DNA from: Tubiluchus corallicola
Taxonomy: Eukaryota > Animalia > Priapulida
Reading direction: 5' to 3'
DNA: 64,000 bases
NCBI GenBank assembly: GCA_030141605.1
Contig: JAQGDQ010000342.1
Span: 189,327-253,326, forward strand
A program made the translations under genes and the position numbers. The notes beneath the pieces were generated by a model. It was given only the letters and a program-made list of their open reading frames with translations. It did not search any database and was not told the DNA's origin. This document shows positions 1 to 42,684 of this stretch, piece by piece. Every line of letters begins with the position of its first letter. Positions within the stretch are counted from its first letter, which is position 1.

Positions 1-696
1 TCCTGTCAAACGTGAATAGTTTATAAAAACTAAAAAGACCTCTCATTCAGTGCCTGGCAACTCGTTTGGAGCAGGGAGTGAGTTGTGAGCAACTAAGAGG
101 CAACTCACCATTCATTTGAATAGGAAAAAGTTTGTTTATTTGCAAAGAAATCAAGTTGTTTAGATTGGATGCGCATTGCATATCCACACTTACTTCATAA
201 TTAACTATAGTCTATGTTTGTAAGCAAACTAAAAACAAGTGAGCTAAAGTAGGGTAAAGGGAATTTCACACACCTAGTAAATTCACCATATTTTGAGACG
301 CATTCCTCATTTCCTGTAACCTATCCAAAATTTTGACATTCTAATATTCACTGCATAGTTAAATCTTAAAATAAATAATTTCAAAATAAAAACATTGTTA
401 GTTTTGCTAGTAAACAAAATGATTCTCCAACAAAATAAGCAAAAAATTCGTAGCAACGCAACGTAAACAAACAGTCTGTAATGTCTTTCTACCTAGCGCC
501 TATAAACTGACAAAGTGGTTGACGAGTTCGACGAAATAAGAAAGACCAAATTTTTCTAAAGACAATATAAATAAATAAATTTCATAGAAAAAATAATGGA
601 ATTTTCTGAAGCTGTGGCTTAAAGTGACAAAGTAAAACCAGGACAGCCTAACACTGACATTTGCGTATTCGAAAAATACAGACTAGAATCCACTTA

Positions 697-822
697 CCTA
701 AGAAATGACGTCAAACAGCTCCCCGACGATTTGCTCAGCAAATGAGGGGCAAGAGAGAGGAGGAAGAGAAGCAGACGACCCAAAAGTTGGTCACGTGTCG
801 AAAGTTGAAACTGCGCATGCGC
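697..822 (-). promoter_or_regulatory. Possible promoter/first exon of a gene transcribed leftwards out of the window
   Basis: NRF1-like palindrome TGCGCATGCGC (812-822), E-box CACGTG (792-797), and a consensus minus-strand splice donor AG|GTAAGT at ~697. No coding exon identified. Confidence 0.3.
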
Positions 823-1084
823 GAGGATTATCACGTTCTAATTATGCCGGCTCCTGTGTGCTGGCTTCATTTTATGTAGATTTACACAAGGCGTCTCATA
901 GAGACCCGTGCTTAGCCTTACAAGTTAAGCAATACCCAGGCTGGTCAGTGCACGAATGGATGACTGCAGAGTTCAGCACTCGTTCAGGGTGGTTTCGTTC
1001 GCCATGCTGATTCTGGCCATTTACCGCATACAGGGGCAATGTGTTTACCTCGGAATTTGGTTAGAAAATCTTTGCCAGTTCAAG

Positions 1085-1440
1085 CGCCTATGATGCAACA
1101 AAGCGTCCAGCGTCTGGAAGCGAGAAAGAACGTATGTATTGTCAATGGGCGATGAACTCAAAGATTCTGGAAGCAGGCGCTGGAAACTCTTCCTATCCGT
1201 GAGGGTCTGGCGACCAACGTCCGTTCTTCAACCAGCCAATGATGACTCGGCCTGCCGCTTACTGTACGAATGAATAACGTAAAGACAGCGAGAAAGTCAG
1301 AAATAAACTTGATATCGGCCATTTTGTTTTTCTGCGAAGAAGATAGAGATTAGATGCTTTGATTTTAACTTGTTACTCAGAAGCCAGACGCAGGACACTG
1401 GAAGCCAAACGCTGGACGCTTTCGTGTATCACTTGGCTTT
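1085..1440. mobile_element. Putative MITE-like element with imperfect terminal inverted repeats
   Basis: AAAGCGTCCAGCGT near the left end and ACGCTGGACGCTTT near the right end. Segment 1105-1255 is homologous, in reverse complement, to the 106-bp tandem unit and its flank at 26.6-27.1 kb. Confidence 0.45.
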
Positions 1441-2164
1441 ACTTGATCAGAGACAATTTTATACTAAGTAATTGTTAATTTAGGCCCGCTCGAGTATACA
1501 AAAATAAATTATGTAGTTGTGTAAAGTTAATTTGTGTGTATAACACTTGTGATTCGCTTGAAATATATCTAATTTATGTATAAAATGTTATTCGTTGTAC
1601 ATAGTGTGAAACTGGAAATATTTAAAAGATGTAATTTGTTGATCTGAGCCTGCAAAAAGAGGTACCTTTTTGTATATATGTTAATTTCTTTAATAAAGAT
1701 TTATTATTATTATTATTATATTTGGCTTTAGCGACTCATCTTAAAGGATTAGCTTCTACCACGAGTTAAATTCCAGTCTAACCACAACTGTCCAAATTGA
1801 GTCGACTCCGACTGTATTCCGACTTGCAATGTGCCTAATTGAACTGACAAAATACCTAGTGAGGCGAGAGAGGAAAGCGGGAAAAGAGAACACAAGTTTT
1901 ATGCCCAAGTTGGTAATTAAAAGAAGCACAAGTTTAGGTTTTTTGTCATAGGTTGCTAAATGTAAATTAAATAAATGTAAATTTAAGTAAATGTTTATTA
2001 AAAGTAAAAAAATAAAGTAAATTTAGTAGAAAACTCAAAAATCTTGCGTGCATTTTAACGTCGTTCAATTTAATTTCCGTCAACAGGTGGCACCACATGA
2101 TAAAATGTAAGCACGTTGATGCAATGTATACACAATAATAATTGTAATTATTGATTGGTCTTTA

Positions 2165-2630
2165 CAACTAACCAACTAACCAACCAGTCAGCCGATCAAC
2201 CAGCCATTCAATAAAACAACCAAGCAGCAAACAAACCAACTAACTAACTAGTCAGCCAACCAACCACCATCCATCCATCCAGCCAACTAACCAGCCTTTA
2301 AATCAGCCAGCTAATGATCAGTTAACCTAACGACCAACCAATAAATAAACCAGCCAATCAACCAAGTAACCGATCAGTCAACAAACCGATTAAATATGCA
2401 ACCAACAACCAAACAACCAACCAATAAATAAACCAGCCAATCAACCAAGTAACCGATCAGTCAACAAACCGATTAAATATGCAACCAACAACCAACCAAC
2501 CAACCGGCCAGTTAGCTAACTAATAAATCAATCAACCAACCAGCGAACTAGGCAGAACTAGCTCGTCAGTAATCAATCATCAAATCATCTAGTCAACTGA
2601 CAAACCAGTCAATCAACCGACTGACTAAAA
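2165..2630. repeat. Degenerate (AACC)n-like low-complexity repeat with an internal ~80-bp duplication
   Basis: Repeated AACC/AACT/AGCC units; the block at ~2335-2415 recurs at ~2416-2500. Confidence 0.8.
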
Positions 2631-2669
2631 AATTAGCAAGCCCACGCACCAGATGAAGCAACAGTGAAC

Positions 2670-3402
2670 TATAGGTTTTTACACGTCAAATGTAGACACA
2701 GAAAAGTTCAAATGTGACTTAGGTAAGTCAAGTGCAGACATAGGAATTTCAAATGTGTTTTGGTAACTCAAATGTCACCTAGGTAAGTCAAATGTAGTGC
2801 GGTACTTTGAATAAATCGGCAATTAACTCATTTAAGTGCAAATTACAGAAAGCTAAACCAAAGATAGCCATCATCCTCTTTCATAACTTTGAAAAATGCA
2901 TTGTTTATCCTCAAACTAAATTCTTTGATAAACCATAACGTCGGTAGAAAAGAATAAATTGGTTCCCACTTCCCAATGAACAGTGAATCACTAATTAGTT
3001 TTTTAAGTAATGCATTAGCACTGCATTAATGAATCAGTTTCTCTTAAGAATGTATTGCTTTCTCTAAGAGTTCCAATGGTATGTAAAGTTTACAGAATAT
3101 TAGTGAACTATTAGTAGGCCTAGAAAGTTATTATTTTCACAGCAATTATTAAATTTAAATTAAAGAAGATTAAATTTAACATCTTTATGCTTTACCACCT
3201 ATCCACATTTGAGATACCAATGTCACATTTGACTTGACTTGTGTCTACATTTGACTTACCAAAAACGCTTAAGATTTCTTGAAAACCATTGTTAACACAT
3301 TTGAACCACCTAAGTCTACATTTGAGTTACCAAGACACATTTGAATTACCTAAATCTACATTTGACTTAACGTAGGTCTACATTTGACATTTAAAACCTA
3401 TA
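2670..3402. mobile_element. MITE family A, copy 1 (TIR TAGGTTTTACAYGTCAAATGTAGAC; subterminal CAAATGT repeats)
   Basis: Terminal inverted repeats; near-identical internal sequence at 28512-29290, 36775-37567 and 52985-53572. Confidence 0.85.
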
Positions 3403-4049
3403 ATTAATCTATAACTTGATTTATCCAATTACTAATGAAACTGCGAGTCAGCCTGCGACTTTGCAGCAAATTATTGTTAACTATATACTCAACGAAAGCT
3501 TATGACAGCACAAATAGTTGTACAAAACTACAAATACCGAACTATAAAATGTTATCAATTTTATTATTCACAGCAATGAACAGTTAAAATACAGCAAAGT
3601 TTTACTTAGTAAAATAATACGTTAAAACAAACGCAATATTACATGCATTTTAATATTATACGAAGCATTTAACACACAAAAAATAACATTATAAATACCA
3701 CTAGGCTAAAAGGCAAATTACTATAATATAAAAAACTACGGATATGCATTAAAATCATAAATTACAGGCGAAACCATATTACGCATGCTTTAAAAACCGA
3801 ATGAAACACGCTCTAACACTAAAAGCTGAAGAACTGTTTTCAATTAAAGTTACACACAATGCAATGGCCTCCACATCAACAAGAATTCAACAAAGACCAG
3901 CAATCATAGCTGTTTATTTTAACAATTCTTCTCTTAGACAAGGTTTTAAACTTCAAACGCACGCAAAAGCAAATATCAACTATTCAAAACCAAAAAATGG
4001 GACGAAGTACTCTTCTTTAGAATGTCTCATAGGAGACAAAGTGAAATGA

Positions 4050-4934
4050 TCACTCAAAAAGAGTGCCAGAGTTAGTAATATCTGAAAACACACACGGTGT
4101 CTCGCCCAAACCAATGGATTCATTAGCCATACAAGCCCAGCAATGGTTCTCCGTAGGTGGAGTCAGATATTCCACCTCCACTTTGGAGCCATTGCTCTCG
4201 TTGCACAGAATGCCGCTGAGAATATCCGAGGCCGTCATTGTCTCTTTTTCGGAGATACTAGGCGAATTGGAAGAACTTACGGGGTCGGTTGTTGATGATG
4301 ACTTCGGCTTCATACACAGGACGTTGGCACTTTTCAAGCCCAACTTCGATATCTCAAAATCACTTAATCTCTGTTTCTTCCAGTGTGGTTTAGGTGATGA
4401 TTCCAGTTCGGGAACCTTCCTGTCTTCATGTCCGTCAGCCACTTTCCACATGAAGCCGTGACCCTTGGCTCGCCTGCCTTTGGTAAATGCAGGGTTGATG
4501 GACAAGTGATGGCGGATGCTGTTTCTCCACCGCTTTTTCGACCATCTGTAGTAAGGAAAGCGCTCCATGATCCACTTGTACACCTCAGATACACTCATCT
4601 CTTTGTGCTCGTAAAGCGCCATGTCTATGAGCTGACCGTATGTGTAATTTGGTCTCCGATGCCCCTTTGCCACTTCTTGAGGTTTGCTTACGTAGACGTC
4701 AGCATATGCCTGTGGAGAGTGCATGATGTCTTGCTGTGCTTCAACATACTCATTCTCAGATGACGCTAGGTCTTCGGGATTCTCTTCCTTTAATTCTTCA
4801 ACAAAGGGAACCAGCTTGTAATCGGTTAGCCATTGCAGATCTTTAAGTTCGCCAATACAGTCGTCCGTAACGTTCAGTTTGACATCATCTGTGGTTTCCG
4901 TAGTCTTTTCTTCTGATTCGTCAGAAGATGACAT
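4050..4934 (-). CDS. Forkhead-box transcription factor, divergent (J/M/N-type grouping suggested), single coding exon, 294 aa
   Basis: Forkhead domain RPNYTYGQLIDMAL...VYKWIMERFPYY...WRNSIRHHLSINPAF...GHGFMW. Upstream LKDLQWL resembles the LTxLxWL motif of FoxJ/M/N proteins. An in-frame stop upstream of the ATG and a splice acceptor at ~5096 indicate a 5' UTR intron. Confidence 0.88.
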   Translation of the reverse strand: MSSSDESEEKTTETTDDVKLNVTDDCIGELKDLQWLTDYKLVPFVEELKEENPEDLASSENEYVEAQQDIMHSPQAYADVYVSKPQEVAKGHRRPNYTYGQLIDMALYEHKEMSVSEVYKWIMERFPYYRWSKKRWRNSIRHHLSINPAFTKGRRAKGHGFMWKVADGHEDRKVPELESSPKPHWKKQRLSDFEISKLGLKSANVLCMKPKSSSTTDPVSSSNSPSISEKETMTASDILSGILCNESNGSKVEVEYLTPPTENHCWACMANESIGLGETPCVFSDITNSGTLFE

Positions 4935-5561
4935 TGTTTTAGATTGTTGTGAATGGTAAATGGAAACGTCAGAATCTGATGTTAATATGAATGTGCAAGT
5001 AAATACCCGAAAGGGGTGTGGTGACTACAAAATCCTTGAGCTAGAATGACCCTTTGTAGTGTCCTCACAACTGAATGGTTTCACGTCTTCACTATCTATG
5101 TAAAAAGTTAAAAAATGTTGTTTTTATTTAATAACCAATTTAAGAAACAAGGCACTTAGCTAGAACAGTAACTTCGTTTTGGAATCGTAGATCAAAATAT
5201 GATATTTAACTACAGGTTATTTTGCCACGTCCTAGACAAACCCACGGCTGTCAGAAGTAAATTGAAAAAGAGCGGGGGCAGTTTTTATATTATTTCATGG
5301 CAACTGTGACGATGACGGTGACAGTGGTGGAAATGAAAGTTTATCATTGACAAATGACAATCCATCCATTACTTTCACGTAAAAGACTAAATTGTATTTC
5401 TCACTGCTTGGAATATGATTTAGCCTTTATATTTTTAATAGTCATTTTAAGAAAAATGTACTTTCAAGTACCTCTGGGCAGATTACCTAGCTTTTGATTA
5501 CCAATTAATGATTGTAAATTTATTTGAACTTGCGTATGCGATCTGGTGGTTTTTCTTACCA

Positions 5562-5569
<8 letters not shown>

Positions 5570-5650
<81 letters not shown>
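5570..5650. repeat. (CT)n microsatellite
   Basis: Direct reading. Confidence 0.95.
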
Positions 5651-5651
<1 letters not shown>

Positions 5652-8600
5652 ACTCTCGGTGAAGTTTTTGGGTATCTTATAACACATTCGCGATTTAAGA
5701 GGTGATATTATCTTGATAGTGATGTAAAGTATTTTGATATCATCTATATCTGATGGCATCTATTACGCCAAATGATAGTTTGCCTACCTTGATACTAGGT
5801 AGTGTAACAAATTTTACACATGAACTTAAATTACTTAAAATGCACCATGGAACATGTTTATGACAATTTAATTTTCTCATATTTATGTATACGTGTATGT
5901 GTTTGTGTGCATGTTTATTATCAGTGTTTGTTACTGTAAATTTTAATTTTTTTATGTTAATATTAATTATTTTTAACTATAATAATATAAACGTTTGTTT
6001 CTAATAGAGAGTTCAAAGTGTTAAATAAAAAATTGAAATAAATCAATCCATTTTTCTCTCCTTTTCTCTCTCATTCTCTTTCTTCCTGGCTTCCTCCTGT
6101 CTTTCGTACTCCCAATTTCTCGATCTTTCTCGCTCTCTTTGCCGCTCTGTTTCCATTCCGCCTTCTTGTGCTCTGTCTCAGTGTCACTGGAGCAATTTAT
6201 TAACTTAAAGTTCTCCAAAAAATATTTGGCCTAATATCCTGCAGAGCGGAATTTGCAATTACATTTAATTGACATTAGATTACCAAAGACATTTTCTGCG
6301 GGCAATTTACAACGCGTAATATTTGCGTATATCTGGATTTCCTCCATCAGAAAAAAACTTGTAAAAACCTATTCTGGTCCTATACTATAGTGTCGCTACT
6401 GATCGTTTGTTTCAGCTTCAAACTTTTTGGTATTGGCACTTAAGAAGCAAGAGACCATTCTTATTACTCCTAGAACTATTAGAATGAAATTATTGCTGGT
6501 TGCTACTAACCTACAACTACTGACCGTCCCTTGAATGCCAAATCAGTACGTTATATTGACAGTGAAGTTAACCTTCAAGTTAACTTAATGCTTAAACAGA
6601 ATCTACACCCGCATTACCTTATTTGGTTTGTTATCATAGTAGCAGTAAGTTAACAACTGCGTCAGCCTTAATTTTTTCCAGTTAAAAATTTCCAGTGAAA
6701 TTTAATTTTAGTCATTAACTCAGTCGTCTGCTTAGCACGAGTCACGAAAATGACGAAATAGGTGGCGCAAAATGCTAATAATTGAACAAGTGAACAACAG
6801 TAATTGCAACACATTTTTCCGTGAATCCCGGTTTTGTACCAAAGTTGCGTAACGTGAAACTTACTTCAGATTTTGTTGGGTTAAAAGAAAATAAATTTCA
6901 GCAATTTAGTCGCGTATTGTGTGATTAGATTGGCCGCTATTCGGTAATTATTTGATTGGTGTTTGGTATTTCTGTTTAAATTTATAAGTAGGCCTAAATG
7001 TACACATTAAAAATTTACCACTTGGTGCGTTATTAATAGTATTAGTATTACTCTGTGAACAGTGTGCAATTTCGTTAATTTTTGTGATAACCTTTGTGTG
7101 TGACTCACTTCGCAAGGGCAGTTGTAGTGTTGCGTGATTTTGGATTTTTTTCCAATCCGCTATCGTTTCGATATTCAACTATGGACATGATCGCTTTTGC
7201 TGTCATTTAATATCATTCTGATTTCGAACCAAACTCTTTTTGGTAAAACATCCTAAAATTTCAGTTAAATTTAGTGAACTTAGCAACACCATGAAGTAAA
7301 TTCTACCGTATAAACCTTAATTGAGAATGTTCATCATTGCATGAAAAAATAAGGAAAGGTTAGCACTTGTGTTTTTTTGTAAAATTAAAGCAGTCTGGCA
7401 AGAAATCATTATTGACAAACGAAGTCCCAATTTTCCAGCAGCAGTGCATGAGATAAGTACAGTCCTTATCTACAGTGTTACTCGGCATTTGCCGCTAGAC
7501 TTGTGTGGGTGTTCAACAATGAAGCATAGAAGTTCATCTACAGTTTAAAGAGTTTAATACTGTAGATACGTGGCTATACTCTGCATATTCTATCATACTT
7601 TCACGCCAATCCACCAAGATCGCTTATAGACCTACAGCACTCCCTTACAGCAGGGTTCCCATGGTCGGGGGGGGGGGGGTAATCCTTGAAAATACTAGGC
7701 ATCCTGGAAAGTCAGGCAAAAAGGAAATTTGGTAAAACGTTAGGGAAAATGATGAAAATGGGGCAAAAAGTCAGGGAAACTGAAAAGGATTGGAGAAATG
7801 TGCTAACCTTGGGTGGCACAGATGACTGAAAAGCATGTCGTACAAAACGCATATATATTATTGTTGTTTACAGCGGCTATTCCCAGCGGAAATGCAGACA
7901 GTCGTGACTAACTGGACTTTCTAGTTTCTTCAGTAATATTGTAATAAATTATTGATAAGGTAGAAACTCCGAAAAAACAACTCATGTGCTTAATGAAAAG
8001 TAAATGTATCGCACTCTTACTTTCAGTGAAGCAGCTAAGTGCCTATGTCTGTTACGGCTATCAATTTTGTTAATAATTTTTTTTTTACTATAGCACGCAG
8101 TTTGCAAATTTACTCCTGAATCGACTATTCAGCCCTGCAGTTGGTTTCAATCTTGTTGTTATTGTAATTGTTATATTGTTCACAGAATCACAATATGTTA
8201 ATGTGTCACATGCAGGCTACCAAATTGGCGTGAGTGGACTTTTTGCTCGTAGTCTGCTTAGATGGAATTTTTTGGTCTAGATTTCTAGACGTCTGCTATA
8301 AACTGCAAAGTGTATAATCTTAAATTCTGCTTGCTAAGCATATTGTTCAAGTACTGTTAATAGACACACTATGCTACACTTACCTTGAGTGTAAGCAGTC
8401 TTGTGCTACATGAAAACAAGAAACCAGCCATTAAGCCTGTAACAGGTCACCACATTATCCTTTTCACTTTAGCCACTGCAGAACTTTACAGTTAAATTTT
8501 TAAGTTTAACAATGACAGTTTTTAGTGTACAGTGCCATTTTACTTTTCGTGTATTAAGAATTTAGTTCTAAACTTTTAATACCTTTTAACATGTTGATCT

Positions 8601-8655
8601 TACTGCAATGTATAATTTTTGGTTTTATTATAGTTATTTGTCAAACTACATAAGC

Positions 8656-10512
8656 ATGCCATCTGACGCAAAGAAAAGGCGTGATGCTAAGAAAAAAGAA
8701 GCGGCCAAAACGCGTGGACAGAAGAAGCCTACTAAGGTTGATGAAGGTGATAGTATAGGTCAAAATGGCTTAGCTAATGGTTCATTAAATGGTGCAGTAG
8801 AAACAGATGACATATCGACAGAATTGGATAATCTAAAATTGAGTAGTAGTGGTCGGGCATGTACGGGTGCTTTGGCATCTCATCCAAATAGTCGTGATTT
8901 AAAAATAATCAATTTTTCTGTGACGTTTTACGGTACGGAATTATTATCTGATACAACTCTTGAGCTTAACGTGGGTCGGCGGTATGGAATTATAGGATTG
9001 AATGGTTGTGGAAAGTCCACATTTATGACAGTGTTAGGCAATAGAGAGGTGGATATACCATCTCACATGGACATTTACCATTTGACTCGCGAGATTGCTG
9101 CTATGGAAAAGACGGCATTAGAATGCGTAAAGGATGTGGATCGGGAAAAAGCTAAGCTGGAAAGTGAAGCGGAGTTTCTAGCTCATTGTGACGATCAAGA
9201 GGCTCACGACCACCTGATGGAAATTTACGAGCGATTAGATGAGCTGGATTCTAGTCTGGCGGAAGCCAGAGCCGGACGAATTCTCCACGGCTTGGGATTC
9301 AACAAACAGATGCAACATCAGAAGACGAAAGATTTTTCGGGCGGTTGGCGAATGCGCATTGCTTTAGCTCGTGCTCTGTACCTCCGTCCGCATCTGTTGC
9401 TTCTCGACGAGCCCACAAATCATCTGGATCTGGATGCTTGTGTGTGGCTTGAAGAAGAGTTGAAGAACTACAGCAGAATCCTGGTGCTTATTTCTCACAG
9501 TCAAGACTTCCTCAATGGTGTCTGCACTAATATGATCCATTTACGCAACAGACGGTTAACGTATTACGGGGGTAACTATGACACGTTTGTTCAGACTAGA
9601 GCAGAGTTGGAGGAGAATCAAATGAAACGATACAAGTGGGAACAGGATCAGATGGCGCACATGAAGGAGTACATTGCCAGATTTGGTCACGGAAGTGCAA
9701 AGCTCGCTCGCCAGGCACAGAGTAAAGAAAAAACCCTCGCCAAAATGGTCGCCGGTGGGCTGACGGAAAAAGTAGTGGCCGACAAGACGTTGAGTTTTTA
9801 TTTTCCAGACTGCGGCAAAATTCCACCTCCAGTTGTTATGGTGCAGAACGTCTCGTTCCGGTACGGCAACGACAAGCCGTTCATCTATAAGAACGTGGAG
9901 TTTGGGTTGGATTTGGACTCGAGAGTGGCGCTCGTGGGTCCAAATGGCGCAGGAAAGTCGACGCTTTTGAAACTGCTGAATGGTGACCTAACTCCAACAG
10001 ATGGTTTAATTAGGAAAAACAGCCATTTGAGGATAGGCCGGTATCATCAACACATGCATGAACAGTTGGACTTGAGCCTTTCTGCTTTGGAATACATGAT
10101 GAAGTGTTTTCCGGAGATCAAAGAAGTGGAAGAGTGGAGACGGATTATAGGTCGTTACGGCCTTTCGGGTAAACAGCAGGTTGTGCCAATGAAGAACTTG
10201 TCAGACGGTGAACGTTGTCGCGTCTCGTTCTCCTGGTTGTCTCGCTTCTGTCCTCACTTGCTTCTCATGGATGAACCGACTAATCATTTAGACATCGAAA
10301 CAATTGACGCCCTTGCTGAAGCTGTCAACGATTTCGAGGGTGGTCTGGTCCTTGTTAGTCACGACTTTCGACTGATTACTCAGGTTGCCAAGGAGATTTG
10401 GGTTTGTGAAAAGCAGACTATTACCCCGTGGAAAGGTGACATTATGGACTACAAGGAACACTTGAAGAAGAAAGTGGCCAAAGAAGAAAAACAGTTCAAT
10501 AAAAAGAAGTAA
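8656..10512 (+). CDS. ABCF2: ATP-binding cassette sub-family F member 2, intronless CDS (618 aa from MPSDAKK)
   Basis: Typical ABCF2 N-terminus [18 protein letters not shown]. Two ABC domains ([29 protein letters not shown] and [29 protein letters not shown]), linker [21 protein letters not shown], no TM segments. The ATG at 8656 follows a splice acceptor at ~8633. Confidence 0.96.
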   Translation: MPSDAKKRRDAKKKEAAKTRGQKKPTKVDEGDSIGQNGLANGSLNGAVETDDISTELDNLKLSSSGRACTGALASHPNSRDLKIINFSVTFYGTELLSDTTLELNVGRRYGIIGLNGCGKSTFMTVLGNREVDIPSHMDIYHLTREIAAMEKTALECVKDVDREKAKLESEAEFLAHCDDQEAHDHLMEIYERLDELDSSLAEARAGRILHGLGFNKQMQHQKTKDFSGGWRMRIALARALYLRPHLLLLDEPTNHLDLDACVWLEEELKNYSRILVLISHSQDFLNGVCTNMIHLRNRRLTYYGGNYDTFVQTRAELEENQMKRYKWEQDQMAHMKEYIARFGHGSAKLARQAQSKEKTLAKMVAGGLTEKVVADKTLSFYFPDCGKIPPPVVMVQNVSFRYGNDKPFIYKNVEFGLDLDSRVALVGPNGAGKSTLLKLLNGDLTPTDGLIRKNSHLRIGRYHQHMHEQLDLSLSALEYMMKCFPEIKEVEEWRRIIGRYGLSGKQQVVPMKNLSDGERCRVSFSWLSRFCPHLLLMDEPTNHLDIETIDALAEAVNDFEGGLVLVSHDFRLITQVAKEIWVCEKQTITPWKGDIMDYKEHLKKKVAKEEKQFNKKK

Positions 10513-11433
10513 ATTTTTGTCAATCTCATTAGACGTACTTCCATATAAGCTTAATTTATTGCTTTTAAAACAGTTTGCAACATAAATTTTCGTAGCGTTT
10601 AAAAATGTTTTGAGAACTTGCATTAACAAGGTGCCTCACCAGTGTCTGTTGAAATTATAATTAATTTGGAAGGTATTTTATGTTCTGTAGCACAAATTAC
10701 ATCTTTCGCACTTGACATTGCTAAACGATTGCATTTATTTCTTGCTGTGTTGATTAAGACTTGGTGGTATTTGGTTTACACTGTTCTATACAGTTATTTA
10801 TTTATGGTGTGCCACTACTGTCTGTGATATTTCTAACGTTAAATTATGTAAAATCGACGTAACTATTTTGTTGTGTCTTAACTGTTCAGTGCTACTTTTT
10901 AGTAACTCTACTGATGAATCTGTGTAATTTGGGGTTTAAATTTTCTTCGTTTAAATTTTGCGTGAGTGCGACTTTCAGTCTTTCTGTGCCTAGGTGAAGT
11001 AAAATCTTTTTTCATACGTTTGTTTGACAAACAGTGTCTCATTCTAAACTGAATCTATGTTTGTTTAAGCTGGTTTCATGAACAAAAGGGTTGGTGCTTC
11101 CTGTGTTGGTCTCTGTAGTTTTCAAATCTTATTTGTTATCACGAAATAAATAATTGATTATTTTAATTCTGATGGTTGTGTTATAATATTATTTTTAAAA
11201 GTTGATAATGGAGAAATTAGTTCATAGCGACAGTATGGAAGCCATTAAGTGCTGATATTACAATCTGACACAGTGGCCGCACGATGGCCCTGTTTGTCAA
11301 GGTTGCTGCAGCTGTGGAGAGATTGTGTGGTAAACAGATATATATATATTACACGTCAGTGATGCTCAGCTACGCAGTCAGTTACTTGTGCAAGTTGGGA
11401 AGCTGTGTGTAGCATCCGCGTTGTCTGGACAAC

Positions 11434-40356
<28,923 letters not shown>

Positions 40357-41406
40357 AAGGGAAGAATCCAGTTAGACCAGTGAAATCATGCGACTCCAAA
40401 AGCTCACATAGTTCTTAGTGGCTCTTAGATGTTTGGGCAAAGTTTTGTTTGCTGTGAAGTGGGAAATTCAGACCGGCGATTAGGTCTTTGATTACAGTTT
40501 GGTTTTTGATTTTGGTTATCGTACCAGTGTCTCGAAAATTTTGTATTGATGCCTGTAAAACGGTTAGCGTGATTTCGTGTTCCTCTGGCCTTTCCATTGG
40601 GTGTAGATTCATCAGTGGATGGTATGAATACTATTGCAATTTGTAGTAAAGAACCGAGCACAAGAATAATCAAATAATGGATAGTATGTGTAGTTCTGTT
40701 CTTCTTTGTTACATGCTGTCTAAGCTCGTACGTGTCAATGCTCATTGATGCTCATTGCTCAAGAATTTTTACCACTTTTAACTACAACAATAGAAATATT
40801 TCCATATGTTTATTGCTTTTTGACAGCTAGGGTTATACAGACTTTTTGATATACGAAACGTTTGTCTTAGTAGTAAATGGGGTGCGTCACTCCTTTTTTT
40901 GTATTCCTTGCAAAGAAATGAAATAATGTGCTTTCAATTGTCATTGAAATTACTTCGTAAATCATATAAATGTATCGATTTGCTCGTTATGACTTGATAC
41001 CAATAGTTAGCGTTTACTATTAGGTATTAAAAATTTAGATATAACAAAAGCATTTATTATACGTACTAGAAGTCTAAGCAATTATTTATAGCTAAAATAG
41101 GCATTTAGCCATACAAGATTTTAAAGTTTCTTTATACCAGTAACTGTAGTGTGTACGTCTATGAGACTGATAGATTTAAATTTAGTAAATAAAAATTAGA
41201 AAAATTCATTTTTAATTCTTCTGTGTTATTTGTCAGTAATGTTAATGTTTAACTTGTTTACGTTAATTCGCAACAAGCTTCGTAGATGGAGACACTGACA
41301 TGTAAACAAGGCTCGCAACTGAATATTGTGCATTGTGCGACGCTGTCTATTCATAAGAAAGATGAAGCATTGTAATATGCTACACCTTTAAACATACTTT
41401 CATTGT

Positions 41407-41796
41407 TAGGGGTGAGCATTCTCTACCAGAACGCGAATTCGAATCGAACCGAATTTGTGACTTTCGAATTCGAACCGAACCGAACTTGAGTGTTTCGAAT
41501 TCGAATAAACGATTTTCGAACAACTTTTCGAACCACCAGTAAAAATTAGTCTTACAAAGATCATGCACATCACTAGATTTTGTTCTGCAATAAAACGACT
41601 AGTAATTTGTTTAAAGTTGTGCGCAGAAATCACAGCTAAATTATGCTAATTGCATGATGTTTCAATCGTTTTAATGATCAGGAACATATGTGATTGAAGT
41701 GCTGAATTATTCGAATCTATAGTTTCTGGATTCGAATCGAGTTCGAACTAAAAAAACTCGTTCGAATCGAACTCGAACGTTCGATGCTCACCCCTA
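41407..41796. mobile_element. hAT-like MITE with TTCGAA subterminal repeats
   Basis: TIRs TAGGGGTGAGCAT / ATGCTCACCCCTA; 8-bp TSD TTCATTGT/TTCATTGG. Confidence 0.8.
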
Positions 41797-42413
41797 TTCA
41801 TTGGTGGATTTTGTTAATGTTTTTGGCAAATGTGTTTTAAGTTACAGATACACACAAAAAGTATACCAGTGCAGTTTAAATGTTTTAAAATGTCTATTAT
41901 CTACAACAACAACAACATGTTAACATTTGACAGGTTCTATACTAAACACAATTACTACTTTACAATTAGATGATTGATAACAAGACAATCTTTCGCACAC
42001 ACATTAACAATAATACTCAATATTGTGCATAATCGATATCTCTATTTTAAATTTTGATTTATAATGCTGTATAATATTGGTGATAAACTGCTCAACACGT
42101 TCGTAAATGAGGTCAGAAGGAAATAGAGGAGTTAGACAATTTTTTCAGTTTTACTTTCCATAGCAAATGACCTAGCAAATTATGCTGATAATAACTGCAT
42201 CCTACATAAGACAATAATAAGGAATAATACAGCAACAGATTAAAGTGCTGTTTGTTTTATTGTATGGTATTGCAAACTGGAATACAGCACTTGTTTGCAG
42301 CAAGAAATACTCAATGGCTGTGGCAGGACCGGAATGCTGCTCATTCTCAAGGTTAGTCCACTGACACTAGACTAGATAAATACATCCTCTCTCAGTGTGA
42401 GAAATAGTTGCGT

Positions 42414-42684
42414 CGTGTTCAGACTAATGAGTCTTCTGTCGCGAGTTTTCTCTCTGACAGCAAACTCTCAAGTGTGAACGAGTGTGAAGTGTCAACTGTA
42501 CGAGTTACTGTTAACAAGTTGTTGCAGGCTCTCCGACAGCTTCTGCGAGTTACTCTCGAACACTTATCGCAGTGAACAGAACAGACAGTGTCAGCTCATG
42601 CTTACTGTCGGAGAGTAACTTGCAGCAAGTTTTGCTCTCTAATGCAAGTTACTTGGCAAGAAAATTCATTAGTCTGAACATGCT
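42414..42684. mobile_element. MITE (PIF/Harbinger-like)
   Basis: Inverted termini TGTTCAGACTAATGA / TCATTAGTCTGAACA with internal inverted motifs. Confidence 0.55.

Noticed and set aside
8608-8655. Longer ABCF2 N-terminus from the ORF track
   Set aside because: Spans a pyrimidine tract and AG acceptor; the conserved start is MPSD at 8656.
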